A stretch of 64,000 nt of DNA from an uncultured Clostridia bacterium (GTDB lineage: Bacteria; Bacillota; Clostridia; Oscillospirales; CAG-272), in the NCBI GenBank assembly GCA_937902275.1, contig CALFNW010000087.1, positions 2,988-66,987 of the forward strand, in the 5' to 3' direction. The notes beneath the pieces were generated by a model. It did not search any database. It saw nothing but the letters and a program-made list of their open reading frames with translations, and was not told the origin of the DNA. The position numbers and the translations under genes were made by a program. Position 1 is the first letter of the stretch. Each line of letters begins with the position of its first letter. Below, piece by piece: positions 7,268 through 16,726 of the stretch.

Positions 7268-8293
7268 ATGAACATTACGCTTGAAAAGGTCTCGGAAAGC
7301 TATGATATCACGATCGGGCGCGGGGTGCTGCATCGCGTCGGAGAGCTTATTCCCCTTGACCGCCGCGTGCTGATCGTCACCGACACCAAGGTTCCGCACG
7401 AATATGCCGAAGCGGTTGCCGCACACTGCCGCTTTCCCGAGATCGTGCGCATCGCCTCTGGTGAAGAAAGCAAAAATATCGAAAATTACAAAATGCTTTT
7501 GATGAAAATGTTAGAGACGGAATTTAATCGCCATGACTGCGTCGTCGCCGTCGGGGGAGGAGTTGTCGGCGATCTGTCCTGCTTCGCCGCCTCCACATAT
7601 ATGCGCGGGATCGACTTTTATAACATTCCGACTACTCTGCTCTCTCAGGTCGATTCGTCGATCGGCGGAAAGTCGGCAATTGATTTCGGCAGCATAAAAA
7701 ATTCGGTCGGCGCGTTCTATCAGCCGAAGTCGGTACTCATCGACCCTGACGTATTAAAAACGCTTGACCCGCGGCAGCTTAATGCCGGGCTTGCGGAGTC
7801 TGTCAAAATGGCGGCAACCTGCGATGTGAAACTCTTTGAACTGTTCGAGCGGGAAAATGCTTATGAACAGCTTGAAGAAGTGATCCGACGCTCACTTGAG
7901 ATCAAAAAGCACGTAGTGGAAAGCGACCCGAAAGAAACCGGACTCAGAAAGGTGTTAAACTTCGGACACACCGTAGGTCACGCAATCGAAAGCGCCGCCG
8001 CGGGCAGGCTGATCCACGGCGAATGTGTGGCGCTCGGTATGCTCCCGATGTGCTCCCAAAGCGTAAGGCAAAGACTTGAAAAAGTGCTTGTAAAGTATGA
8101 TCTGCCTACCGTGATCGATGAGGATACACGAACGCTTGCCGAAATTTTCAAGCATGATAAAAAAGCCGAAGCGGACGGCATTAACACCGTTGTGGTCAAC
8201 GAGCTCGGCAGTTTTGAGTTTGTAAGATCAGGCATTGACGACATCTGTATGCGGATCGACGCCGCTAAACGCGCGCTTTCAAAGCGTGGCTAA
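7268..8293 (+). CDS. aroB: 3-dehydroquinate synthase
   Basis: 341 aa. The motif is GGGVVGDLSCFAASTYMRGIDFYNIPTTLLSQVDSSIGGKSAID. Confidence 0.9.
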   Translation: MNITLEKVSESYDITIGRGVLHRVGELIPLDRRVLIVTDTKVPHEYAEAVAAHCRFPEIVRIASGEESKNIENYKMLLMKMLETEFNRHDCVVAVGGGVVGDLSCFAASTYMRGIDFYNIPTTLLSQVDSSIGGKSAIDFGSIKNSVGAFYQPKSVLIDPDVLKTLDPRQLNAGLAESVKMAATCDVKLFELFERENAYEQLEEVIRRSLEIKKHVVESDPKETGLRKVLNFGHTVGHAIESAAAGRLIHGECVALGMLPMCSQSVRQRLEKVLVKYDLPTVIDEDTRTLAEIFKHDKKAEADGINTVVVNELGSFEFVRSGIDDICMRIDAAKRALSKRG

Positions 8294-8305
8294 AGCCGTC
8301 ATATT

Positions 8306-8338
8306 CTTTGAGCCGGCAACGCCGGCATGGTGATCTGT
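8306..8338 (+). repeat. Hairpin-SD-ATG cassette, short form (aroB/aroC junction)
   Basis: The sequence reads CTTTGA, then GCCGGCaacGCCGGC (8312-8326), then ATGGTGATCTGT, then the ATG at 8339. Confidence 0.65.
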
Positions 8339-9466
8339 ATGAAAAACACTTTCGGACAAAGCGTTTCCCTTACGCTTTTCGGCGAAAGCCACGGCGAAGC
8401 TGTCGGCGCGGTAATCGACGGAATGGCTCCGGGCATTGAAATAGACAATACACTTATTGAAAGGTTAGCATCCAAGCGCCGGCCCGCCGGTCTTATTGAC
8501 ACCGCCCGCCGCGAAAACGATGATTACCGTATACTCAGCGGAGTCAGAAACGGTATGACCACCGGCACGCCTATTGCAATAGTCATACCGAATAAAGACA
8601 CGAGAAGCGCCGACTATGAATCGACGCGCGGCAGTGCAAGGCCCTCTCACGCCGACTACACCGCGTATGTAAAATACCACGGATATGAAGACTATCGCGG
8701 AGGCGGGCACTTTTCCGGCAGAATAACCGCCGCGCTTACCGTTGCCGGCGGGATATTTCTTTCGGCATTAAACAAACTCGGCATTGAGATAGGAACTCAT
8801 ATCCTGAGCTGCGCCGGCATATGCGACCGCAGCTTCGCCTCGCTTCCGGAAGAACTTGCCGACGTTAACGGTCAAAGCTTCCCGGTGCTTGACCCGGAAC
8901 AGGGAGAAAAAATGATTTCGGCGATCCTCGAAGCAAAATCTCTCGGAGACAGCATCGGCGGAAAAGTGCAGACCGCCGTTTGCGGAGTGCCCGCAGGAGT
9001 CGGTGAACCTTGGTTTGACAGCCTTGAAGGCGTGCTCTCTCACGCGCTTTTTTCGATCGGCGGTATAAAAGGCGTGGAATTTGGCGCAGGATTCGGCTTT
9101 TGCGATATGCGCGGAAGCGAAGCCAATGATAGTTTTGCGTGCAAAAACGGTCGGATAACGACGCTCAGCAATAACAACGGCGGAATAAACGGCGGCATCT
9201 CAAACGGAATGCCGATAGTGTTCAACTGCGCGGTAAAGCCGACTCCCTCAATTTCGATCAGTCAGGAAACGGTTGACTTCATCAAAAACGAAAACACGGT
9301 AATGAGTATAAAGGGCAGGCACGACCCGGCTATATTCAAACGGATCTGCCCGGTAATTGACAGCGTAACCGCTCTTACGGTCTGTGATATGCTGGCACAG
9401 CGATACGGAACAGACGTATTAAAAAACGGCTTTGCCGGCACGGCAGAGCCAAAGCAGAAAGGGTGA
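8339..9466 (+). CDS. aroC: Chorismate synthase
   Basis: The N-terminus reads MKNTFGQSVSLTLFGESHGEAVGAVIDGMAPG. The start was moved 4 codons inside the ORF-track start at 8327, which lies in the cassette. Confidence 0.9.
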   Translation: MKNTFGQSVSLTLFGESHGEAVGAVIDGMAPGIEIDNTLIERLASKRRPAGLIDTARRENDDYRILSGVRNGMTTGTPIAIVIPNKDTRSADYESTRGSARPSHADYTAYVKYHGYEDYRGGGHFSGRITAALTVAGGIFLSALNKLGIEIGTHILSCAGICDRSFASLPEELADVNGQSFPVLDPEQGEKMISAILEAKSLGDSIGGKVQTAVCGVPAGVGEPWFDSLEGVLSHALFSIGGIKGVEFGAGFGFCDMRGSEANDSFACKNGRITTLSNNNGGINGGISNGMPIVFNCAVKPTPSISISQETVDFIKNENTVMSIKGRHDPAIFKRICPVIDSVTALTVCDMLAQRYGTDVLKNGFAGTAEPKQKG

Positions 9467-9470
9467 GACA

Positions 9471-10715
9471 ATGGAATACGGACTGATAGGGGAAAAGCTC
9501 GGTCACAGCTTCTCAAAAGAAGTGCACGGTCTGATCGCGGATTATGATTACAGACTGCTCGAGATCCCGAAAAACGAGCTTGAAAACTTTATGCATAGCA
9601 AAAGCTTCAGGGGGATCAATGTAACCATACCGTACAAGGAAGCCGTAATACCCTTTGTTGATGAAATATCCGAAGAAGCGCGAAAGATCGGTGCAGTAAA
9701 TACGATAGTTAACCGAAACGGCAGACTTTTCGGCTACAACACCGACTATATGGGAGCGCTCGGGCTTATCAGGCACGCCGATATTGAAATGAAAGGAAAA
9801 AAGGTGCTGATCCTCGGCAGCGGCGGTACCTGCAAGACCCTTTCGGCTGTCGTGCGCGACCTCGGCGCTCAAAGTCTGATCAAGGTTTCGCGCAAAGCAA
9901 GCGCAGACGCAATAAGCTACGATATGCTGAATCTGCATTATGACGCGGAAGTAATCATAAACACCACCCCCGTCGGCATGTTTCCGAAAAACAGCGACTG
10001 CCCGATAGATATCGAATGTTTTCCGAAGCTTGAAGGCGTGGTTGACGTCATTTACAATCCGCTTGACACGGTTCTTATCAGACAAGCCAAGGAAAAGGGC
10101 ATCAAAGCAAGCGGCGGTCTTTATATGCTGGTAGCGCAGGCAGTATACGCTTCAGAGCTTTTCCTCGGTGTCGATGAGCATGATGAAGAAAGAATACAGC
10201 GCATATTCCGCAAAATTTCGGCAGACAAGGAAAACATCGTCCTCATCGGTATGCCATCAAGCGGAAAAAGCAGTGTCGGCAGCTTTTTAGGTAAGCTATT
10301 GAACAGAGCGGTGTTTGATTCAGATGAAGAGGTCGTCGGCTCATCCGGAAAAAGCATCAAAGAAATTTTTGAAAGTGAAGGCGAATCGGCTTTCAGAATG
10401 CGGGAAAAATCGGCGATTGCCGCGCTGTCTCAAAAAAGCGGGTGCATTATCGCTACCGGCGGCGGCGCGGTGCTCGACGCGGAAAACGTGATGCGGCTCA
10501 AGCAAAACGGCAGACTGTTCTTCCTTGACCGCTCGCTTGAAAAGCTTGAAGCGACAGGCGACCGTCCGCTCTCCGACGATCACCAAAAATTAAAGCGTCT
10601 GTATGAATACCGCCGTCCGATATATCTTGCTGCCGCCGATTTTACGGTCTGCGGCGACGGAAGCGTTGAAGAGACCGCCGTCAGAATAAGCGAAACATTC
10701 AATTGCAGCGTCTGA
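9471..10715 (+). CDS. aroE/aroK: Fused shikimate dehydrogenase / shikimate kinase
   Basis: The N-terminal AroE half reads MEYGLIGEKLGHSFSKEVH...NVTIPYKE...NTDYMG. The C-terminal AroK half has the P-loop IVLIGMPSSGKSSVG. The ATG at 9471 lies just after the aroC stop at 9466. Confidence 0.85.
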   Translation: MEYGLIGEKLGHSFSKEVHGLIADYDYRLLEIPKNELENFMHSKSFRGINVTIPYKEAVIPFVDEISEEARKIGAVNTIVNRNGRLFGYNTDYMGALGLIRHADIEMKGKKVLILGSGGTCKTLSAVVRDLGAQSLIKVSRKASADAISYDMLNLHYDAEVIINTTPVGMFPKNSDCPIDIECFPKLEGVVDVIYNPLDTVLIRQAKEKGIKASGGLYMLVAQAVYASELFLGVDEHDEERIQRIFRKISADKENIVLIGMPSSGKSSVGSFLGKLLNRAVFDSDEEVVGSSGKSIKEIFESEGESAFRMREKSAIAALSQKSGCIIATGGGAVLDAENVMRLKQNGRLFFLDRSLEKLEATGDRPLSDDHQKLKRLYEYRRPIYLAAADFTVCGDGSVEETAVRISETFNCSV

Positions 10716-10759
10716 TGAGCCGTCCCACATAAATAGATTCTACCGATACGGAGGCAAAA

Positions 10760-11218
10760 ATGAAAATACTGATAATCAACGGGCCGAATCTGAATATGCT
10801 CGGCATCAGAGAGCCTGATATATACGGCAACAGATCGTATGAGGACCTGTTAAAGCTTATCCGCGATCATGCCGAAAAGAAAAAGCTTGAAGTGATATTC
10901 TTTCAGTCGAACCACGAGGGAGATATAGTTGACGAAATACAAAAAGCCTACTTTGATATGACTGACGGTATCGTGATCAATCCTGCGGCATACACGCACA
11001 CGAGCGTGGCAATTGCCGATGCGCTTAAGGCTGTCGCGCTTCCGACGGTCGAAGTACATATTTCGGACGTTGATTCGCGCGAAGACTTCAGAAAGATCAG
11101 CTATGTGCGATCTGTGGCGACCGCCTGTGTTTCGGGACTCGGTTTTGACGGGTATCTGAAAGCGATCGACATTGTCGCCGAGGAGATAGAGAAAAATCAC
11201 AGGAGTCGGTCGAAATGA
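10760..11218 (+). CDS. aroQ: Type II 3-dehydroquinate dehydratase
   Basis: 152 aa, starting MKILIINGPNLNMLGIREPDIYG, with the NPAAYTHTSVA motif. Confidence 0.9.
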   Translation: MKILIINGPNLNMLGIREPDIYGNRSYEDLLKLIRDHAEKKKLEVIFFQSNHEGDIVDEIQKAYFDMTDGIVINPAAYTHTSVAIADALKAVALPTVEVHISDVDSREDFRKISYVRSVATACVSGLGFDGYLKAIDIVAEEIEKNHRSRSK

Positions 11219-12423
11219 AGATAACAATAAATAAAAGCCGCCTGAGCGGCAGCGTCGTTGCTCCCCCGTCGAAAAGCGTCTCGCACAGATATCTGATCTG
11301 CGCCGCGCTTGCCGAAGGAGAAAGTGTGATCGAAAACCTCGGAGTAAGCGAAGATATTCTCGCCACTGCGGACTGTCTCAGAGCACTCGGCGCCGACATA
11401 ACCACCGAAAACGGCAAAACGACTGTGCGCGGCTTCGGCAGGACGCCGGACCCGCGCGGCATACTCGGATGCCGCGAAAGCGGGAGCACCCTCAGATTTT
11501 TGATTCCCGTCTCCATGCTCTCCGGACGAACGGTTGAATTTTCGGGCAGTGCAAGGCTGATCGAACGCGGCGTCGAGGTATATTCCTCCGTGCTTGAAAA
11601 GTGCGGCGCCGAAATAAATTTCGGCAAAAATCGGATCAGTGTGCACGGTAAGTTAATTTCCGGAAAATACGAGATCCCGGGTTATATCAGCAGTCAGTAT
11701 ATATCCGGAATGCTCTTTGCGCTTCCCTTACTTGAATCCGACAGCATAATCGGAATCATTCCCCCGCTTGAAAGCGGAAGTTATCTTGATATCACTCTTG
11801 ACGCCTTGAAAAACTTCGGAGTCGTCACCGAACGCCCGGACAGATACACATACGTGATCCGAGGCGGGCAACACTATACCCCCTGCAAGGTAAGAGTTGA
11901 AGGCGATTACTCAAACGCCGCATTTTTGTACGCGCTCGGCGCGGTCGGCGGCAATATCAGAGTCGAGGGACTTGATCCGTCAAGCATTCAGGGAGATCGC
12001 GTATGTATAAGTATGATCGAAAAGCTCGCTGAAGGCTGTCCCGCGCTTGACCTCTCCGACTGTCCCGATCTTGCGCCCGTGCTGTTTGCAACCGCCGCAG
12101 TCTTTAACGGCGCACACTTTAGCGGTACAAAACGGCTTGCCATAAAAGAAAGCAACCGCGCGATCGCCATGGCTAAGGAGCTTGCCAAATTCGGGATAGA
12201 GGTCAGAGTCGGAGAAAACACGGTCGATGTGCTGCCCGGCTCGCTCAGGACCCCCGCACTGCCGCTTTTAGGCCACAACGATCATCGGATCGTAATGGCG
12301 CTGTGCGTGCCCGCGATCCTGACCGGCGCCGTAATCGAAGGCTGTGAAGCGATAAACAAAAGTTATCCCGACTTTTTCAAAACTCTTGAAGTGCTCGGTG
12401 CGGAGGTAAGCTATGGAACTTGA
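11215..12423 (+). CDS. aroA: 3-phosphoshikimate 1-carboxyvinyltransferase (EPSP synthase)
   Basis: 402 aa with PPSKSVSHRYLICAALAEGES. It overlaps the aroQ stop by 4 nt. Confidence 0.9.
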   Translation: MKITINKSRLSGSVVAPPSKSVSHRYLICAALAEGESVIENLGVSEDILATADCLRALGADITTENGKTTVRGFGRTPDPRGILGCRESGSTLRFLIPVSMLSGRTVEFSGSARLIERGVEVYSSVLEKCGAEINFGKNRISVHGKLISGKYEIPGYISSQYISGMLFALPLLESDSIIGIIPPLESGSYLDITLDALKNFGVVTERPDRYTYVIRGGQHYTPCKVRVEGDYSNAAFLYALGAVGGNIRVEGLDPSSIQGDRVCISMIEKLAEGCPALDLSDCPDLAPVLFATAAVFNGAHFSGTKRLAIKESNRAIAMAKELAKFGIEVRVGENTVDVLPGSLRTPALPLLGHNDHRIVMALCVPAILTGAVIEGCEAINKSYPDFFKTLEVLGAEVSYGT

Positions 12424-13267
12424 CAAGAACAAAAAAATACTTATAATCGGACTCGGCCTAATCGGAGGAAGCTATGCAAAAGGGCTTTCCGCGGCAGGCT
12501 ATACGGTAGGCGCTATAGATACCTGCCGCGATTCTATAGATTATGCACTTGAATACGGATATATAAAAAGCGGAAGCACCGAGACAGAAAAAGAATATGT
12601 AGGCGAATTTGACATACTGATCTTCGCGCTCTATCCGCACATATTTATCGAATGGGTGGAAAAGTATCAAAGCTTTATAAAAAGCGGCGCACTGCTTACC
12701 GATGTGACCGGAGTCAAGTGCAGTATCGTTGATAAGATCCAACTATTGTTGCGACCCGACCTTGAATTTATAGGTGCGCATCCGATGGCAGGCCGCGAAG
12801 TAAGCGGAGTGAGGAATGCCACCGACGCAATTTTTAAAAACGCAAACTACATCGTCACTCCGAGCGCGCGAAACACCGCATCGGCAATTGAAACGGCAGA
12901 AGCGCTCGCCCGTGTGCTCGGCTTCGGCAAGCTCAGCCGTCTTTCCCCCGAAAAGCACGATGAAATGATCGGCTTTCTCTCACAGCTTACCCATTGTATC
13001 GCAGTAGCGCTTATGACCTGCAAAGAATCAAAACATCTTGCCGAATACACAGGCGACTCATTCAGAGATCTTACAAGGATCGCAAAGATAAATGAGGATA
13101 TGTGGTCCGAGCTGTTCTTTCTGAACCGCGACGAGCTTATAAGTCAGATGGAGCTTTTCCTTAACAAATTCACATATATAAAAGACTGCTTGGTAAACGG
13201 CGATGAAGAGAGCTTGAAAGCCACCATGCGCCTGTCAACCGAAAACCGCAAATACTTTGATAAATAA
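12413..13267 (+). CDS. tyrA: Prephenate dehydrogenase
   Basis: 284 aa with the NAD fold IIGLGLIGGSYAKGL and the HPMAGRE motif. Confidence 0.85.
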   Translation: MELDKNKKILIIGLGLIGGSYAKGLSAAGYTVGAIDTCRDSIDYALEYGYIKSGSTETEKEYVGEFDILIFALYPHIFIEWVEKYQSFIKSGALLTDVTGVKCSIVDKIQLLLRPDLEFIGAHPMAGREVSGVRNATDAIFKNANYIVTPSARNTASAIETAEALARVLGFGKLSRLSPEKHDEMIGFLSQLTHCIAVALMTCKESKHLAEYTGDSFRDLTRIAKINEDMWSELFFLNRDELISQMELFLNKFTYIKDCLVNGDEESLKATMRLSTENRKYFDK

Positions 13268-13297
13268 TTTTTAACCATGAAAGGTGAGTGAACTATT

Positions 13298-14326
13298 ATG
13301 AATATGGAATTTAAAAGAAAACTGCCCGAACCGCGCGATGTAATAAATATGTACCCGATGTCCGAGGCACTTGTAAAACAGAAAAACGAAAACGACGTTG
13401 AGATCAGAAATGTCTTTTCGGGTAAGAGCGATAAATTCATACTTGTGATCGGACCCTGCTCGGCAGACAGAGAGGACGCGGTGCTTGATTACATATCAAG
13501 GCTCAGAAAAGTACAGGACAAGGTCAAAGACAAAATCGTTATAATTCCGCGGATCTATACCAACAAACCGAGAACCACGGGCGCGGGGTACAAGGGAATG
13601 CTGCATCAAAGCGATCCCCACAGCTCGCCGGATATGCTCAAAGGACTGCTTGCCATACGCAGACTTCACATAAAAGCCCTTGAAACGACCGGCTTTTCCG
13701 GAGCGGATGAAATGCTCTACCCCGAAAATCACCGTTACCTTGCCGACGTACTCTCGTATGTTGCCATAGGCGCAAGATCCGTGGAAAATCAACAGCACCG
13801 TCTTACCGCAAGCGGACTTGAGCTTCCGGTCGGCATGAAAAATCCGACCAGCGGCGACCTTTCGGTAATGGTAAATGCCATTACCGCCGCACAGAGCGCG
13901 CACGTGTTCAGCTACGGAGGCTGGGAGGTCGCAAGCAAAGGAAACAAGCTGGCTCACGCAGTGCTGCGCGGTTTTGTCAACAAGCACGGACAGGCATTCC
14001 CGAACTACCATTACGAAGATCTCAACACGCTTTGCGAGATCTACGCTAAAAGCAGCTTGAGCAATCCTGCGGTCATTATTGACACCAACCACTCAAACTC
14101 CGGAAAGAAGTGGGATGAACAACCCCGTATCGCCAAGGAGATCCTTCACAGCACCCGTCATTCAAAAGATATATTCAAGCTTGTAAAGGGACTGATGATC
14201 GAATCATACATAGAAGACGGGTGCCAGAAGATCGAGGACGGCGTATACGGAAAATCCATCACCGACCCTTGTCTCGGTTGGGAAAAGACCGAAAGGCTGA
14301 TCTATGAGATCGCCGAGCTGAGATAA
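13298..14326 (+). CDS. aroG: 3-deoxy-7-phosphoheptulonate (DAHP) synthase, AroG/F/H-like
   Basis: 342 aa. LVIGPCSADREDAVLDYISRL...IPRIYTNKPRTTGAGYKGML resembles class I-alpha enzymes. The isozyme specificity is unknown. Confidence 0.8.
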   Translation: MNMEFKRKLPEPRDVINMYPMSEALVKQKNENDVEIRNVFSGKSDKFILVIGPCSADREDAVLDYISRLRKVQDKVKDKIVIIPRIYTNKPRTTGAGYKGMLHQSDPHSSPDMLKGLLAIRRLHIKALETTGFSGADEMLYPENHRYLADVLSYVAIGARSVENQQHRLTASGLELPVGMKNPTSGDLSVMVNAITAAQSAHVFSYGGWEVASKGNKLAHAVLRGFVNKHGQAFPNYHYEDLNTLCEIYAKSSLSNPAVIIDTNHSNSGKKWDEQPRIAKEILHSTRHSKDIFKLVKGLMIESYIEDGCQKIEDGVYGKSITDPCLGWEKTERLIYEIAELR

Positions 14327-14475
14327 AGTTCGCGGTATAACAGACAAAAATCCGCGGACAATAATCGTATCAGTCTGCGCCGCCCCAAGCGCTCAAGTCG
14401 GCGGCATTAAAAGCTTAAAGCTTTACCAAGCAATAAAAACTGTCGTGAAATTTGACATAAAGGAGCACTGAAGCA

Positions 14476-15444
14476 ATGCGGTCGGATACTCAAAAAAGCA
14501 AATACGATCTGATAATTCTCGGAGGAGGTCCTGCCGGACTCAGCGCGGCGGTATATGCCGGCCGAGATGGGCTTGACACTCTTGTTATAGAGTCTGCCGC
14601 AGTCGGCGGGCAGATGCTCAAAACCGATATGATCGAAAACTACCCCGGCGTTCCCGCGATCTCCGGCACGGAGCTTGCGCAGCAGATGCGGGCGCAGGCA
14701 GAAGGCTTCGGCGCCGAATTTGCAAGCGCTAAGGTGAAACTCGTATCGCTTGACTCAGATCCGAAAATAATTGAAACCGCCAGCGGCAGATTCACCGCGG
14801 AGGCTGTGATCATTGCCACGGGAGCAACCCCGAAAAAACTTGGTTTTGAAGGCGAATCACGATTTGTCGGCAAAGGCATAAGCTATTGCGCGACCTGCGA
14901 CGGTTTCTTTTTCCGCGGCAAAGAGGTATTCGTAGTCGGCGGCGGCAATTCCGCCGCCGAGGAAGCGCTTTTTTTGACAAAATTTGCACGCAAGGTCACA
15001 ATGCTTGTCAGACGCGACACGCTCCGATGTGAAGCGTTGCTTGCCAAAAGACTTGCCGATTCGCCGAAGCTTGAAATAAAGTACAATTATGAAGTTGTCA
15101 AAGCCTCGGGAGACACGCTTCTCGAAGCGCTCGAAGTTAAAAACAATAAAACGGGCGAACATACGATATTACGTCCCAATGAGGGAGACGGATGCCTCGG
15201 ATTGTTTATTTTTGCCGGGTACGCTCCCTCAACCGAACTCTTTGCCGACAAACTGCCGCTTGATGAAAAAGGTTATATTCCGACAAATGAAAACTGTGCG
15301 ACAAAGCTCTGCGGTGTGTATGCGGCGGGAGATGTCAGAGCCAAGGCGTTGCATCAGGTAATTACGGCGGCGTCAGATGGCGCTGTTGCCGCCAAAGCGG
15401 CGGCGGCATATATTTCGTCCCGTGAACATTCATTCGTCGTTTGA
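14476..15444 (+). CDS. trxB: Thioredoxin-disulfide reductase
   Basis: 322 aa with GGGPAGLSAAVYAGR, the redox CATCDG motif and VVGGGNSAAEEA. Confidence 0.9.
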   Translation: MRSDTQKSKYDLIILGGGPAGLSAAVYAGRDGLDTLVIESAAVGGQMLKTDMIENYPGVPAISGTELAQQMRAQAEGFGAEFASAKVKLVSLDSDPKIIETASGRFTAEAVIIATGATPKKLGFEGESRFVGKGISYCATCDGFFFRGKEVFVVGGGNSAAEEALFLTKFARKVTMLVRRDTLRCEALLAKRLADSPKLEIKYNYEVVKASGDTLLEALEVKNNKTGEHTILRPNEGDGCLGLFIFAGYAPSTELFADKLPLDEKGYIPTNENCATKLCGVYAAGDVRAKALHQVITAASDGAVAAKAAAAYISSREHSFVV

Positions 15445-15465
15445 GTGCATAAACTCCGATTAGTG

Positions 15466-15494
15466 TTGACATATTTGACTGTATCTGTTATAAT
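15466..15494 (+). promoter_or_regulatory. Sigma-A type promoter TTGACA-17-TATAAT
   Basis: TTGACA at 15466-15471 and TATAAT at 15489-15494 lie about 40 nt upstream of the ATG at 15535. Confidence 0.6.
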
Positions 15495-15534
15495 TCGGAT
15501 ATAAGCTGATCCCGAAGGAGGAAAACAAAATCGC

Positions 15535-16128
15535 ATGAAAACCGCAATGACCGATAAAGTCCGCAGACTGACGCTTAACGCAGTCCTCGCCGCTATAGTG
15601 GCAGTCGTCTCTTTTCTTCCGCTGCGCACTCTCGGACTTGAGATAACCTTTTCGATGGTTCCGGTAGCGATCGGCGCGATCGTACTCGGACCGGCATCCG
15701 GAGCCTTCCTCGGCGGAGTATTCGGAGTCGTAAGCTTTTTGCAATGCCTCGGGTACAGTTCGTTCGGCGCGGCGCTTTTCGCCATTAACCCCGTATTTAC
15801 TTTTCTGACCTGCGTACCGACCCGAATCCTTGCAGGTATGCTTGCCGGGCTCATCTTCCGCGCCGTTCCGAAAAAAAAATCGGACAGTGCAGCCACAGCA
15901 ACGGCAGCCGTATGCGCACCGATACTTAACACGCTGTTCTTTATGGGCACATTGACCGTCTGCTTCTACAATACCGAATATATCCAAGGCTTTGCAGAGC
16001 TTTTAAACGCGACGAACCCCATAAACTTTATTTTGCTTTTCGTCGGAATAAACGGCATAGTTGAGATCATATGCGGCTTTGCGCTTGCACTTCCGATCTC
16101 AAAAGTAATCAGGCGCGTTGTGAAATGA
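15535..16128 (+). CDS. ECF transporter S component (substrate unknown)
   Basis: 197 aa, polytopic and hydrophobic, with the typical S-component N-terminus (KVRRLTLNAVLAAIVAVVSFL...). No EcfA/T genes lie nearby. Confidence 0.65.
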   Translation: MKTAMTDKVRRLTLNAVLAAIVAVVSFLPLRTLGLEITFSMVPVAIGAIVLGPASGAFLGGVFGVVSFLQCLGYSSFGAALFAINPVFTFLTCVPTRILAGMLAGLIFRAVPKKKSDSAATATAAVCAPILNTLFFMGTLTVCFYNTEYIQGFAELLNATNPINFILLFVGINGIVEIICGFALALPISKVIRRVVK

Positions 16129-16168
16129 TCATAACCGTCCGCAAAACGGATGGTACGATAGTACGCAC

Positions 16169-16196
16169 AAGGGCTGTCGCAACTGCGACAGCCCTT
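16169..16196 (+). terminator. Hairpin terminator after the ECF S-component gene
   Basis: A 12-bp stem AAGGGCTGTCGC/GCGACAGCCCTT has loop AACT. The downstream T-tract is weak. Confidence 0.5.
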
Positions 16197-16232
16197 TGAC
16201 TGAATTATATAACCGAAAGTGAAATTATAAAC

Positions 16233-16715
16233 ATGAAAAACACTTCGCTTTGCTATCTTGAATCCGAAGGCAAATACCTGATGCTTCATCGCATCTCAAA
16301 GCAAAATGACGAGAACGCGGGCAAATGGATCGGAATAGGCGGCAAATTCGAAGAGGGAGAAAGTCCCGAAGAATGTGTGCGCCGCGAGGTGAAAGAAGAG
16401 ACCGGGCTCACGCTTGACCGCGCAAGCTTCAGAGGTATCGTAACTTTTACCGACTCAAACGAAAAAGGAATTACTACCGAATATATGTTTCTCTTTACAA
16501 GCAGCGATTTTTCGGGAACGCTTACGCCCTGCAACGAGGGAGTGCTTGAGTGGATCCCGAAGTCGGAGATACATAAGCTCCCGCTTTGGGAAGGCGATCA
16601 CGTTTTTCTTAACCTGCTCGAAGCAGGAAGTCCGTTCTTCTCACTCAAGCTTTGCTACTCAAACGGCAGTCTTTGCGAGGTTTATCTGAACGGCAGCAAA
16701 CAGCAAAACCTTTAG
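16233..16715 (+). CDS. Nudix hydrolase (MutT-like)
   Basis: The Nudix box is GGKFEEGESPEECVRREVKEETGL. Confidence 0.85.
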   Translation: MKNTSLCYLESEGKYLMLHRISKQNDENAGKWIGIGGKFEEGESPEECVRREVKEETGLTLDRASFRGIVTFTDSNEKGITTEYMFLFTSSDFSGTLTPCNEGVLEWIPKSEIHKLPLWEGDHVFLNLLEAGSPFFSLKLCYSNGSLCEVYLNGSKQQNL

Positions 16716-16726
16716 CCTTTAAAAAC

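Noticed and set aside
15354-15987. Several antisense ORFs could be taken for genes. They include two overlapping minus-strand ORFs (198 and 175 aa) opposite the ECF S-component gene. They also include ORFs opposite aroA (11097-11646), sbcC (20900-21972), atpA (60961-61836) and atpG/atpD (62383-63896).
   Set aside because: All are antisense to genes with strong family signatures, have biased low-complexity composition and lack RBSs. They are treated as shadow ORFs.
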